DNA from: Ignisphaera sp.
GTDB lineage: Archaea; Thermoproteota; Thermoprotei_A; Sulfolobales; Ignisphaeraceae
DNA: 64,000 bases
Assembly (NCBI GenBank): GCA_038889075.1
Contig: JAWAHS010000007.1
Location: forward strand, 1-64,000
Direction of reading: 5' to 3'
The notes beneath the pieces are model-generated. The model did no database searches. It saw only the letters and a program-made list of their open reading frames with translations, and was not told where the DNA came from. A program made the position numbers and the translations under genes. Positions 29,190 through 38,820 of this stretch are shown here, piece after piece (the stretch's first letter is position 1; each line of letters begins with the position of its first letter).

Positions 29190-30428
29190 TCAACTTGGTT
29201 TCAAAGAACTTATACTCCTAAGTCTTTCAACAGCCTTTGGCGTAACATCTAGTGTATAGTCTATATCCTCTTCTCTATGGTAGTGCGATAATTTGAATAG
29301 TATACTTCCATGGGCCTCCTCATGCTTCCTGCCAATAGCTAGCAGTACATGGCTTGGCTCTAAAACTCTACTAGTACACGCACTACCGCTGGAAACATAT
29401 ATTCCATTGAGACTAAGCTCTACTGTTACAGCTTCCCCCTCGATATACAGAAAGCTTAGATTTGCATTATTCGCTACCCTGTACCTCACATGCTCATCCC
29501 AGGGCCCATTTACAATAACTGAGGGGATCTTCTCAACTAGTCCGTTGATGAGCTTATCCCTAAGTCTTTCAACATAGCTGACCCTATAGTCAAAGTCTCT
29601 GAAAGTTATTTCCACAGCTTTTTTAAAACCCGCTATGAGGGGGGTGTTTTCAACCCCTGGCCAAATTTTTTCAACACTTAACTGCCCTCTTATAGGGGGC
29701 TCCAGCTCCACATCCCTTTTAACATAGAGGACCCCTACACCCCTAGGGCCGTGAATCTTATGGCTACTTATAGTCATCATGTCGACGCCAAGCCTTCTAA
29801 CATCTATGGGTATCCATCCATAGCCATCAGCGGCATCAGTATGAAATACAGCATCCGGATTCATATCCTTAACAACATCTATAAGCTCCTTTAATCTCTG
29901 TATAGTGCCAATCTCATGGTTTACAGCCTGGATGCTTACTAGAACAGTATCCTTATCAATATACATTTTGAGTAGCTCTGGATCCACAAGACCATTTCTA
30001 TCAACAGGGATGAGCTGCACCTTAAATCCAAGTAGCTCTGAAGCAAATTGCGCTGGAAATATAGTGCTCAGATGCTCTATGGCTGATAGAACAACCCTAC
30101 CTCCCCTACCTCTATTCTTTAGAAGATAGCCAAGTATAGCAAGATTGTTTGCCTCTGTACCACTGTGTGTAAACACAATCTCTTCAGGATCTACACCCCC
30201 TATAGTTTTTGCAACCAGCTCTTTTGTTTCATAGATAACCTCTAGGGCTTCCCAACCAACTCTATGTGTTATGGATGGATGTCCATAGCCCACCCTATTA
30301 AAGTAGGGTATCATAGCCTCAACAACTTCCTGGGGGACAAAACCACTGTTCTCTAAATCGTAGTAAACCTCTCTAGAGGGCTTTCCATGCACCTCTAGAA
30401 ACTCCCTTATCTTCCCAGACATGGACAT
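29190..30428 (-). CDS. iscS: IscS/NifS-like cysteine desulfurase (divergent)
   Basis: SGTEANN, IEH, VNHEIG, SSHKIHGP (PLP Lys), SSGSACTS (persulfide Cys). Confidence 0.88.
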   Translation of the reverse strand: MSMSGKIREFLEVHGKPSREVYYDLENSGFVPQEVVEAMIPYFNRVGYGHPSITHRVGWEALEVIYETKELVAKTIGGVDPEEIVFTHSGTEANNLAILGYLLKNRGRGGRVVLSAIEHLSTIFPAQFASELLGFKVQLIPVDRNGLVDPELLKMYIDKDTVLVSIQAVNHEIGTIQRLKELIDVVKDMNPDAVFHTDAADGYGWIPIDVRRLGVDMMTISSHKIHGPRGVGVLYVKRDVELEPPIRGQLSVEKIWPGVENTPLIAGFKKAVEITFRDFDYRVSYVERLRDKLINGLVEKIPSVIVNGPWDEHVRYRVANNANLSFLYIEGEAVTVELSLNGIYVSSGSACTSRVLEPSHVLLAIGRKHEEAHGSILFKLSHYHREEDIDYTLDVTPKAVERLRSISSLKPS

Positions 30429-30430
30429 GT

Positions 30431-30682
30431 CTATTCAGTACCTCTTCTAGCTATAATAAAAACCGACTTACCATCTATATTCTTCAACTCTTTAATATAG
30501 TAGTTGTATCTAGACAGGAAGAACTCCATGGCGTTTATAGGTATATCATCTAAGTTAATGTATATCCTAATCTCATCAACATTCCTTCTACTAATCTCTG
30601 ATAATTTGTTGGATAGTACAACAACTGGGTGTGATGTACATGTACTTGGAATATTTCTGAGATCCATTTCCTCGACTTTCAA
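30431..30682 (-). CDS. Divergent TusA-like protein
   Basis: MDLR....CTSHP; size and alpha/beta pattern of TusA. Confidence 0.6.
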   Translation of the reverse strand: MKVEEMDLRNIPSTCTSHPVVVLSNKLSEISRRNVDEIRIYINLDDIPINAMEFFLSRYNYYIKELKNIDGKSVFIIARRGTE

Positions 30683-31212
30683 CGGCTTTCACCCGAGGTT
30701 AGAGCCTTTAAAGATCTATAGTATCTCTCCACCATCTCCTCCTCTTCAAAAACCTGCTTCTCCTCAACAGTAAGATCTTTTGGAAGCCACGAAGGGCTCT
30801 CACCAACCCTCCTATAGTAGGCCCTTATACCTCTCTTCAAAGCACCTACAGCCAAAATGCTGCAGTGGTACTTAATTGGTGGGAGGCCCCCCAGCACATC
30901 GGATATCTCCCTCCACGTTATTTTCCACGCATCTTCAAGCTTTCTACCAGTTATCATCTCAGTTATAATACTTGCAGCAGCGATATTAGCTGCACATCCA
31001 TAACTTTCAAAACCAGCCCTTTCCACATAATCACCATCACCCCTCCTGCTAATCTTAAGATAGAGTTTTATCATATCGCCACATGCAGGGCTACCGGCAC
31101 TTTCAACAACAGTCGCATCGCTTAAAGGCCCTAGATTCCTAGGGTTTCTAAATAGCTCTAGAATTTTTGGGCTATAGGGTAGCGGTATTCTCATACTCAA
31201 TCCAACCACCAA
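30679..31212 (-). CDS. iscU: IscU/NifU-type Fe-S scaffold (true start may be ATG 31194)
   Basis: F.NPRN.G, PACGD, GCA, LPPIKYHC. Confidence 0.92.
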   Translation of the reverse strand: MVVGLSMRIPLPYSPKILELFRNPRNLGPLSDATVVESAGSPACGDMIKLYLKISRRGDGDYVERAGFESYGCAANIAAASIITEMITGRKLEDAWKITWREISDVLGGLPPIKYHCSILAVGALKRGIRAYYRRVGESPSWLPKDLTVEEKQVFEEEEMVERYYRSLKALTSGESR

Positions 31213-31224
31213 TAACAGTATTAT
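31211..31224. promoter_or_regulatory. Operator variant AATAACAGTATTAT
   Basis: One mismatch to the palindrome, immediately upstream of iscU; the same word recurs at 18944-18957. Confidence 0.6.
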
Positions 31225-31847
31225 ATATGTATCAATATATTAAACTTTACCGATATGAATAGAACCATAGTGTGGTAATCAAATTCTTCTGGGCACCACT
31301 ATATAGCTAAGTATTTAAAGCGGGCTTCCCCCACACCACTGCTCTATCTAGCATATAATTCAGTACCTATTCGAGGTTTAGGTATGCCTCTGAGTTTCTA
31401 GATACTCTGTTTTATTTGGCCTGACTTCTCTAAATGCTTTTCTTCTTAGCTTTCACATGTATCACCATGTTTCTCAAGCCCCTTGTAGCAACTCCATGTT
31501 TCATACACTAAACCGCCTTACTGTATCACGCTAATAGCTACAGCTATACCTCTGAAGACCTGTAGCCAGGCATTAAGAATGATACAGCTCCGCCAATTAA
31601 CGCTATAATAGCTGTATCGACTAATATAAGTATAATGCCGATAGAATTTAACACGGATGCTGTAGTAGTTTTCCGCCGTACTTCAACCCCACCTCCATTA
31701 TCTACTTAGAGTATCTAAGTTTATTTATGGTATAAGGGTTGAATGGTTGGTTTTTTGTATTGTTTAAAGTAGATTGGTTACAGCTTAAGAGCTTAAATAA
31801 AGTTTAAATTATTAAGCTGTTTAAGATGATCGTAGTTAGCTGGAGAA

Positions 31848-32645
31848 TTGGTTGTAGGCATTGTTCAAGCTTATTTCAACAAATCACCCACGGATAATCT
31901 AGCTAAAGCTAGCTCTATTATTATGAAGAGGTTTAGAGAAGCTGATATCGTTATTCTACCTGAGTACAGCATGGTAAACCCTTTTATTTTTCTGGATTCA
32001 GCTGAAGTCTACGGGTTATCCGAGGATATATCCTCTAGCAGGTATTTAATATATTTAGAGAAAATAGCCTCGAAACTCAACACCATAATAGTTGCACACT
32101 TTATAGAGAGAACAAATATCCCACCTCTAACTAAAAATACATCAGTTCTTGTATCGGCAAACAAAAATATACCTGTTTACAGTAAAATGCATCTTTTTGA
32201 TGTGTACAGCTACAGAGAATCCGATTTCTTCAAATCAAGTGCTGCTCCGGGAGACAGTTACTATAAAAATTTTAAACTTAGTTTCACAATATGCTATGAT
32301 CTTCGTTTCCCAGAGCTGTTTCGGTTCTACGCAGCTAAAGGAACTGATACAGTAATTGTTCAAGCAGGATGGGTTAAAGGGCCCCTTAAAGAGGAAATAC
32401 TAGATGTACTAGCTTCAGCTAGAGCACATGAAAGCACGGTATGCATTGTTTTAGCGAATCAAACCGGGGATATGTTTACCGGTAGAAGCGGGGTATTTAA
32501 CCCCTGGGGTTATAAGGAGTTGGATATGGATTTTGATGAGAGGTACGCTGAGTATACGCTAAACATAGAAGAAGTTGAGAAAGCAAGATCGGCTCTCCCT
32601 GTAGTGCATCAAGCGGTTGAAAGGTGGGAGGTGAAAATAAGATAG
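31848..32645 (+). CDS. Carbon-nitrogen hydrolase (nitrilase superfamily, Nit-like amidase)
   Basis: E-K-C triad: LPEYS, YSKMHLFD, ICYDLRFPE. Confidence 0.9.
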   Translation: MVVGIVQAYFNKSPTDNLAKASSIIMKRFREADIVILPEYSMVNPFIFLDSAEVYGLSEDISSSRYLIYLEKIASKLNTIIVAHFIERTNIPPLTKNTSVLVSANKNIPVYSKMHLFDVYSYRESDFFKSSAAPGDSYYKNFKLSFTICYDLRFPELFRFYAAKGTDTVIVQAGWVKGPLKEEILDVLASARAHESTVCIVLANQTGDMFTGRSGVFNPWGYKELDMDFDERYAEYTLNIEEVEKARSALPVVHQAVERWEVKIR

Positions 32646-32929
32646 CTTAAACCTTCAAAAGGTAAATATGATTGCTCAACTATCTCACCAATACAAAGAC
32701 TACCTCTTCTGAAGGCTTACACCTGTAAATACCTTTAAATCTCAGGAATTTTTGTAGAGCGATTACTAGTGTAAGTATAGATGCTAATGCCTCCCCAATA
32801 ACACCCAACACGAACTGTTCTGGGTTTCATATCTGTTTGTAGTGGCTGTTAGAGGTGGAGATGCTCATAGGCGCCCCTATGTGTTGGTGTGTGGAGGCTA
32901 TCCGGTGTGGGAGTGGGACCCTGTAGAGT

Positions 32930-33046
32930 GTGCTCCCCCGAGGTGCCCCTAAACACCCCCAAGGGCGATGCAGATCCAAGACCGATGCAGAGGAAAAGAG
33001 ATGAGGCGATGAAAACATCCCACATAAACCAGCATAGGAGCCGAAT
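32930..33046 (+). mobile_element. TnpB 3' end / omega-RNA relic
   Basis: Reads VPLNTPKGDADPRPMQRKRDEAMKTSHINQH, like the C-terminal tail of crenarchaeal TnpBs that overlaps the right end. Confidence 0.6.
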
Positions 33047-33398
33047 CCCCAACTCACTTCTCTAGCCACCCCCACCTATGTGCAGTAGCCCCAGTGGGGT
33101 AGGAGTAGAGGCATCTGTTTACATGTAGATTGGTTTCCGCTACAATTCTTCTAGGGAACCCAAACACCCTAATACCCGATCCTCATCTACAGTACCCTCT
33201 AAACAGAAAGGGCCTACCACTCCTAGAGGTAGACTCCTCCTACAGCGAGTTTAACCCATACTCTAGGATTTTAGGTAGAGGACTCCCCTACTACAAAGTG
33301 GTGTATTCCCGACGACAGCGGGGATAGACTCTAAATCTAGTTCAGCGGCAGTATTTGGCGGTAGTCTCTGCAGCCCGTCAACCTTCTGGGGTATGGGT

Positions 33399-34580
33399 CT
33401 ATGTATTGGCTAAATACTTCTGTAGCTGCTCAATGTACTTATATCCATGGTCGGGGAACACCAGTATATAGTCACCTTCATCAAGTTCGCCACTCTCCAC
33501 AAGCTTTCTATAGCCTGTATAGACAGCACCGCTACTCAGTCCCACAAATATACCCTCTCTTCTAACCATATATAGAACAGACTGTAGCGCTTCCTCAGGT
33601 GAGGCCTCCACTATACCATCTATATCAGCGTAGTGTAGCCACTTCATACCAGACTCAATACGCCTTATACCCTGTATAGCAGTTCCTTCCTTAGGTACCA
33701 CACCATAGATTCTGACACCCCTGAACCTACTCTTAAAGTATATCGCTATAGCCGATAGGTGGCCGGAAGTCCCTAGACCACCCACTATAGCTTTAGGGAA
33801 TATGCCAGCTTCTCTAATTTGCAGCTCTAGTTCTTTTGCTGTATACCTAAGGTGTACGGCAAAGTTGGCATCGTTGTAGAACTGATTGAGGTGTACAGCA
33901 CCCTCTCTTTTAGCAACATCTTCAACATCATCTATAAGCTCTATCGTAAGTGGCTTAGAGGACCTTACAACCTCAACACCAAATATCTTCAGTAGATGTT
34001 CTCCCGATTGTGAAACTGTAGATGGTATATATGCCCTAAGCCTTGAGTTGTACATGTTTGCCATGGCAGCTATCGCCAACCCTGTGTTTGTTGAAGTTGA
34101 TTCAACTAGGAATCCGAGCTCCCTCCTACCATAGGTTTCAATAGCCCTTCTATACATATACCACCCAATTCTATCCTTAACACTCATACTCCATGGATTA
34201 AACCCCTCCAGTTTAGCCCAAACAATTCTATTCCTTATAGAAGCCCTACTAAGCCTCACTAGCGGTGTTGGCCAATTCCTATACAGAAGCTCCTCAGTAT
34301 CCCTAAAGACTCTATATGTGCTTGGCTGTATATCTTCAAAGAAGCCTAGAACCTCTAGAGGTACAAATATTTTCTCCACATCGAGAGACACCGGAACCCT
34401 CCTAACACCAAGTCTTTTAAGTACCTGAAGAAGCTTACAGCCCTCAACAACCCTACCCCCACTAACAGCTACGGTCCTATCCACACCCCCTTTACCTAAA
34501 ACCTCCTTAGCTAAGCTAATGAATTCTGAAGTACTAACCTCCTCCTCACAGTACAGATTCTCGATATCCTGAAGATGCAG
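33399..34580 (-). CDS. Cysteine synthase (CysK/CysM/O-phosphoserine sulfhydrylase) with degenerate N-terminal ParB/Srx-like domain; probable CTG start at 34580
   Basis: PTPLVRL, AKLEGFNPWSMSVKDR, STSTNTG, GLGTSG, FPDHGYKY; the frame is open upstream of the track start 34484. Confidence 0.85.
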   Translation of the reverse strand: MHLQDIENLYCEEEVSTSEFISLAKEVLGKGGVDRTVAVSGGRVVEGCKLLQVLKRLGVRRVPVSLDVEKIFVPLEVLGFFEDIQPSTYRVFRDTEELLYRNWPTPLVRLSRASIRNRIVWAKLEGFNPWSMSVKDRIGWYMYRRAIETYGRRELGFLVESTSTNTGLAIAAMANMYNSRLRAYIPSTVSQSGEHLLKIFGVEVVRSSKPLTIELIDDVEDVAKREGAVHLNQFYNDANFAVHLRYTAKELELQIREAGIFPKAIVGGLGTSGHLSAIAIYFKSRFRGVRIYGVVPKEGTAIQGIRRIESGMKWLHYADIDGIVEASPEEALQSVLYMVRREGIFVGLSSGAVYTGYRKLVESGELDEGDYILVFPDHGYKYIEQLQKYLANT

Positions 34581-34689
34581 ATAACGACCACCTTCGCTAG
34601 CTAGCTGCAGACAGCATTTAAGTTTTTATCTTATAACCCACAATATGCAGAGCGGTACTGTCTGTATTGAGAGGCATAGATATTAGGTA

Positions 34690-34809
34690 AAAGTATGGGT
34701 TTACCGTTTCCCGTCCTAGGTCTCCGTAGTTTTCCTGGGGTGGGCCATCACGGTTTCCCTGAGCCCCCTCCCCACGGTCTGCCGTGGGTCTCGGAAACCC
34801 AGGGTCACC
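34690..34809 (-). other. GC-rich structured non-coding element (candidate ncRNA or iteron array)
   Basis: Hairpin CCCACGG-CAGA-CCGTGGG inside GGTTTCC..GGAAACC; TATA TTATAAA at 34840-34834; T-run at the end. Confidence 0.45.
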
Positions 34810-35199
34810 AAGATGTTTATTGAGCTTCAGATGTTTATAAGCCTTGCCCACACCTAATCGCATTAAAAGCTTTGAAAACCCTAGAGAAACCTACCGAAAC
34901 CTATAGACAAGAAACAGCTTCCTAATCCTTACATCTCCAGCCTATAGAGTGATGCATACATAATTGCAATAGGGGTGTTGATAACCTATAGAAGCCAGGT
35001 TTCTATAGGCTATCTAGGGGTGGTGAATTTAGAGATAGCCCCATATCGCCAGAGGTGTATCTTTATCCATCCGAGCAAATAGTTTCAATCATATCGCCAA
35101 ATTACAGCTATACACAATTTTACCGCCAGACCTGCGATATATGACTCATCCACCGACCTATCCATATCCTCTCAATTTTGGTGCCATACTATCGCTACA

Positions 35200-35485
35200 G
35201 GCTTTGCACTGATCAGTCCTCTTACCCCTTATACAGGTATTGCCTGCAGCGGTATGCAGGCTACAGCAAAAAGCGCCCAGTAGGGCTATCTTAATCGCTC
35301 TATCTATAGCTGTTCAGGATGTGCCGGAGGGTTTGGCTGTTGCGCTACCTGTATACATGGTGAGTAGAAGTGGTGTAAAGGGCTTTTCAATAGGTGTTGT
35401 AAGTGCAGCTGTAGAGTACATATCATCATTCATAGCGCTAATAGGGGTTGTAGAGGTGCTATCTTCAGCTAGACTAGATCTGTAA
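35200..35485 (+). pseudogene. ZIP (ZupT/GufA) metal transporter fragment
   Basis: IALSIAVQDVPEGLAVALP...SAAVE; truncated at both ends. Confidence 0.75.
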
Positions 35486-35960
35486 ACCGCTGGATACCAG
35501 CCAATACGTGGTGTAACAAGATATGGTATAGTCTAGACTTTCTGGATGTGTAGCCAAAAAGAGTTCACCAAGCAGCCAGCCATAGATAGGTATAAAAGAA
35601 GATAAAGTTTACAGCTAAATTTTCTTACTTACAATTAGTACCACAACAAGAAAAATACTAACCTTAACAACTAGCGTAGAGACTGCAATATAGCCCGGTA
35701 AAACACTATGGATTCCTAGACCAGCAAAACATGACGCAGTAAGGAAAAGAGGCTGCAGTCTATCAAGTAAAAAGCCCTCTGATACCAATCCCCAACTCCA
35801 CCAATCTCCAAGGAACTCCCTCATCAAAAAACATTCACTACCCTCTACACAAGGATAACCCTGATTCACAGCTCTACCCGGTCTATCTACATAGAGAATT
35901 CTACGCCTTGATTTATCTACATTCATAATGGTTTAGTATGCATGGTTGTCTTTCCCCTAT

Positions 35961-37622
35961 TCATCTATGTATGTAGTAGGCATATACTCTTGTAGCTTCA
36001 TGATTTCCAACATTATCTATTGCCAGTATATAGAACTCGATCTTTCTAGATTCTTCAGATACTTTGATTCTTATATTGTATGGAAGTGGTGTTTCTCCAA
36101 AGCCGTAACCCCCTATGGGCTCCATAACATATCTTATCGAAATATACATGGGTTGGTAACTCCAGTTTAGTCCATTAAAACTATAGACGAGGTAGACTCC
36201 ACGGAGACCACTTTCTCTATCGTAAACTGATGCATTTATTAAAAGTTCTCCATCATCTAATCCAGCATTTACACTATATATAACAGGCTTGCTAAGGTCT
36301 ATGAATTTGTATAGTGTGGTTGGATCTACAACATATATCTCGCCATAGGCTGCACTAACTCTAGGTATCCAAATCTCTTCTTCAAGTTTGAATTCATAAA
36401 GCTTAAAGAGTCCTCTCCATAAGAAGTACAATTTACTGTACTTATTGGGGTATAGAACTGGCAGAATCACAACATCATTTGATGTTAGGGGTCTTCCACC
36501 ATATTCGTTATCTTCTATAGTGAAGTTCCCTAAAATATTTCCATTGAGATCAAGTTTAAAGAGATTTAGCGGTTTCTCTCCTAAACCTCTAACAGCGTAT
36601 ATGTATTGATCATCAACTGCGGCATATGGGTTGGTATTAATGTCTCCCGATACCCCCAGGAATCTTCTCCACAACAATGTTCCATTCCAAGAGATGGCCA
36701 AAATACTACCTATAGAGTCGGAGAGTACAACCCTATCCTTCTTATATATAGGGGTGCCCAGGGTGCTGCTGTGTTCAAAAATCCATAGAATTTCTCCTGT
36801 TTTTGGATTTAGAGCATAAAGTTTTGTTGATGGTTCTGAAGTTACATAGAGAACATCATGTCCATAGGTTAAACCTCTAACATTTGCCCCAACTTTACTA
36901 CGCCACTGAAGAACACCATCTTCTGTTATACAGAAAACATATCCCTCATCTCTAACGCTTCCAACAAAAATTCTTCCTCCAACAACTATAAGATTTGATG
37001 TTACTGAAACTTTAGATGATGCATTGATTTCAGATTCAAGCTTAATTTTCCAAACAACTTCACCACTATCTTTATTGAAGGCAATGAGATAGGCATCATC
37101 TTCAGGTGTTGAAGAGGTTCCAACATAGAGGTACTTCCCTATTCCATAAGCTTCAACAAATCTCCATAGGCCCAAGGCTCTCCATCTAGATACTGGTTGA
37201 GGATATGATACAGCTCTTCCTTCAATGCTATCAGAGTAGATCTCAACACCCCATACCAAGCTTCCATCTTCCCTATTAAGGGCATAAACACCCTGATGAT
37301 CTGCTAAGAAGATTTTGTCTCTTTCCACAAGAGCCTCAGCCAATACCCCACCAATATTGGCTGAAATACTGATCTTGAAGGCCAGTTCTGGAACCCTAGG
37401 CAAACTAGAAGCATAATACATGTCGGCCTCCTCGTCGCCTTTCTCCATAACCCATGGAAGTTTTTGTGGATAGAATTCCGCTGGAACCTTTTCAGGTTCC
37501 TTAGATGGAGCTATTTCCTCTAAACTTACTCTTTTCATAAAATGGGTAGCATACATGGCAAAAACTGATAAAGAAATTATGAAAAAAGCTATTAAAACAA
37601 AAACTATTTTCTGTTTAACGAT
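35961..37622 (-). CDS. Exported PQQ-like beta-propeller repeat protein (start uncertain; first ATG is 37556)
   Basis: Repeated YAL...G...W blades; in-frame hydrophobic signal segment upstream of the ATG. Confidence 0.8.
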   Translation of the reverse strand: MVKQKIVFVLIAFFIISLSVFAMYATHFMKRVSLEEIAPSKEPEKVPAEFYPQKLPWVMEKGDEEADMYYASSLPRVPELAFKISISANIGGVLAEALVERDKIFLADHQGVYALNREDGSLVWGVEIYSDSIEGRAVSYPQPVSRWRALGLWRFVEAYGIGKYLYVGTSSTPEDDAYLIAFNKDSGEVVWKIKLESEINASSKVSVTSNLIVVGGRIFVGSVRDEGYVFCITEDGVLQWRSKVGANVRGLTYGHDVLYVTSEPSTKLYALNPKTGEILWIFEHSSTLGTPIYKKDRVVLSDSIGSILAISWNGTLLWRRFLGVSGDINTNPYAAVDDQYIYAVRGLGEKPLNLFKLDLNGNILGNFTIEDNEYGGRPLTSNDVVILPVLYPNKYSKLYFLWRGLFKLYEFKLEEEIWIPRVSAAYGEIYVVDPTTLYKFIDLSKPVIYSVNAGLDDGELLINASVYDRESGLRGVYLVYSFNGLNWSYQPMYISIRYVMEPIGGYGFGETPLPYNIRIKVSEESRKIEFYILAIDNVGNHEATRVYAYYIHR

Positions 37623-37632
37623 CCACCACCAT

Positions 37633-38820
37633 TTAAGCTCCTTGGTATAATACCTCTATTTCTGTATAGGTTTTTGCTGAGATTGTTAGCTGAAGTGTTG
37701 CCCCTTCTTTAATGCAGAAGAAGGTTTTTCCTTCTTCTACGGACTGCTCCATCATAATTTGCCAATTATTTGATGTTAGATAGTTTATATACCACGACGC
37801 TACACTGTCTACACTATCGTAAGTTCCATAGGTTATTGTTATCGTTTTCACTCCGCTAATCACCATCGAGGAATACTTAAGCATTATAGAACCGGGATAT
37901 CTCTCAATCGGTTCTATTCCAGACACAAGATCTTTAGAAGGAAGCCTATATGAACCATAGTGGATAGATATTAAGGTGTATCTTCTTTCGCTTGTAGGAG
38001 CATTAATTATAACTCCAACTTCATCTTGAGCTTTTAAGAGATGTAGACTTATTTTTTCTGAAGTTTTTCTCTCCTCCTTGATTGTCCATCCTCTGAGTTG
38101 AAGCTCGTTTTTATACCATTCTGCTACCGTATCAATATCAGCTGCTGTTCCATATTCTATCAATATAATTGTTGGAAATCCTTCATCTCTACGGTATGAA
38201 AGCATTACAGAACCTGGGTACCTCTGAATAGGTTCTTCTCCACTAACCTGATCTGAATATGGTAATCCTTCAGAAGTTGGAGTAGTTGTGGTTTTCTCGC
38301 TAATTAATTTCTCGATATCACCTACGACTACACAATAGACTGCACCTTGTTTACCATCAACTTTTGTTGGAGTTCCACTCAAAGCCCAAATCCCAATCCC
38401 ATCCCCATCTTTTTTAAATACTATTGCTCCCCACTCGATAGAACCTTCAGGTGTTGATATAGTGGTGATTCCGTATTCTGCAACGACTTTATAACCAACT
38501 AGATTACTTTTATACCAATCCAGAATCTCTTTTGCAGTAACATCTCCAACGAAATAAACTTTAGTGACAACTCCTTCACTCGGTATATGCAATGCTTGAT
38601 AGTAATAGTTAGCTAGGAAATGTTCTCTAGATCCGCTATAAACTAGAACACCCGCCATCGGAGTACTTGTTGGTGTAGTTATAGCTGTTGGTGTAGTTGT
38701 AACTAGAGTGGTAGTTGTAGGACTTGGGGAATATCTAGGGGATCCAGCAATGAACAAAACTGCAGCAGCAACAATACAGGCTATAACTATCGTTATATAT
38801 AGGTATTTTCGTGAAAACAT
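37633..38820 (-). CDS. Exported protein with Thr-rich linkers and three repeated alpha/beta domains
   Basis: Signal anchor; repeats SG.EPI.RYPGS.ML...YGT....D.VA.WY...L....W. Confidence 0.85.
   Translation of the reverse strand: MFSRKYLYITIVIACIVAAAVLFIAGSPRYSPSPTTTTLVTTTPTAITTPTSTPMAGVLVYSGSREHFLANYYYQALHIPSEGVVTKVYFVGDVTAKEILDWYKSNLVGYKVVAEYGITTISTPEGSIEWGAIVFKKDGDGIGIWALSGTPTKVDGKQGAVYCVVVGDIEKLISEKTTTTPTSEGLPYSDQVSGEEPIQRYPGSVMLSYRRDEGFPTIILIEYGTAADIDTVAEWYKNELQLRGWTIKEERKTSEKISLHLLKAQDEVGVIINAPTSERRYTLISIHYGSYRLPSKDLVSGIEPIERYPGSIMLKYSSMVISGVKTITITYGTYDSVDSVASWYINYLTSNNWQIMMEQSVEEGKTFFCIKEGATLQLTISAKTYTEIEVLYQGA

Noticed and set aside
31330-31700. Possible VIT1/CCC1-like membrane pseudogene on the minus strand
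   Set aside because: Only a hydrophobic fragment with stops; too degraded to assign
34690-34809. 5S rRNA, tRNA, SRP RNA, RNase P RNA, C/D sRNA or fluoride riboswitch
   Set aside because: Size and GC content were suggestive, but I could not find the diagnostic conserved motifs of any of these
34618-34863. 81 aa ORF
   Set aside because: Spans the structured GC-rich element and has no recognisable protein features
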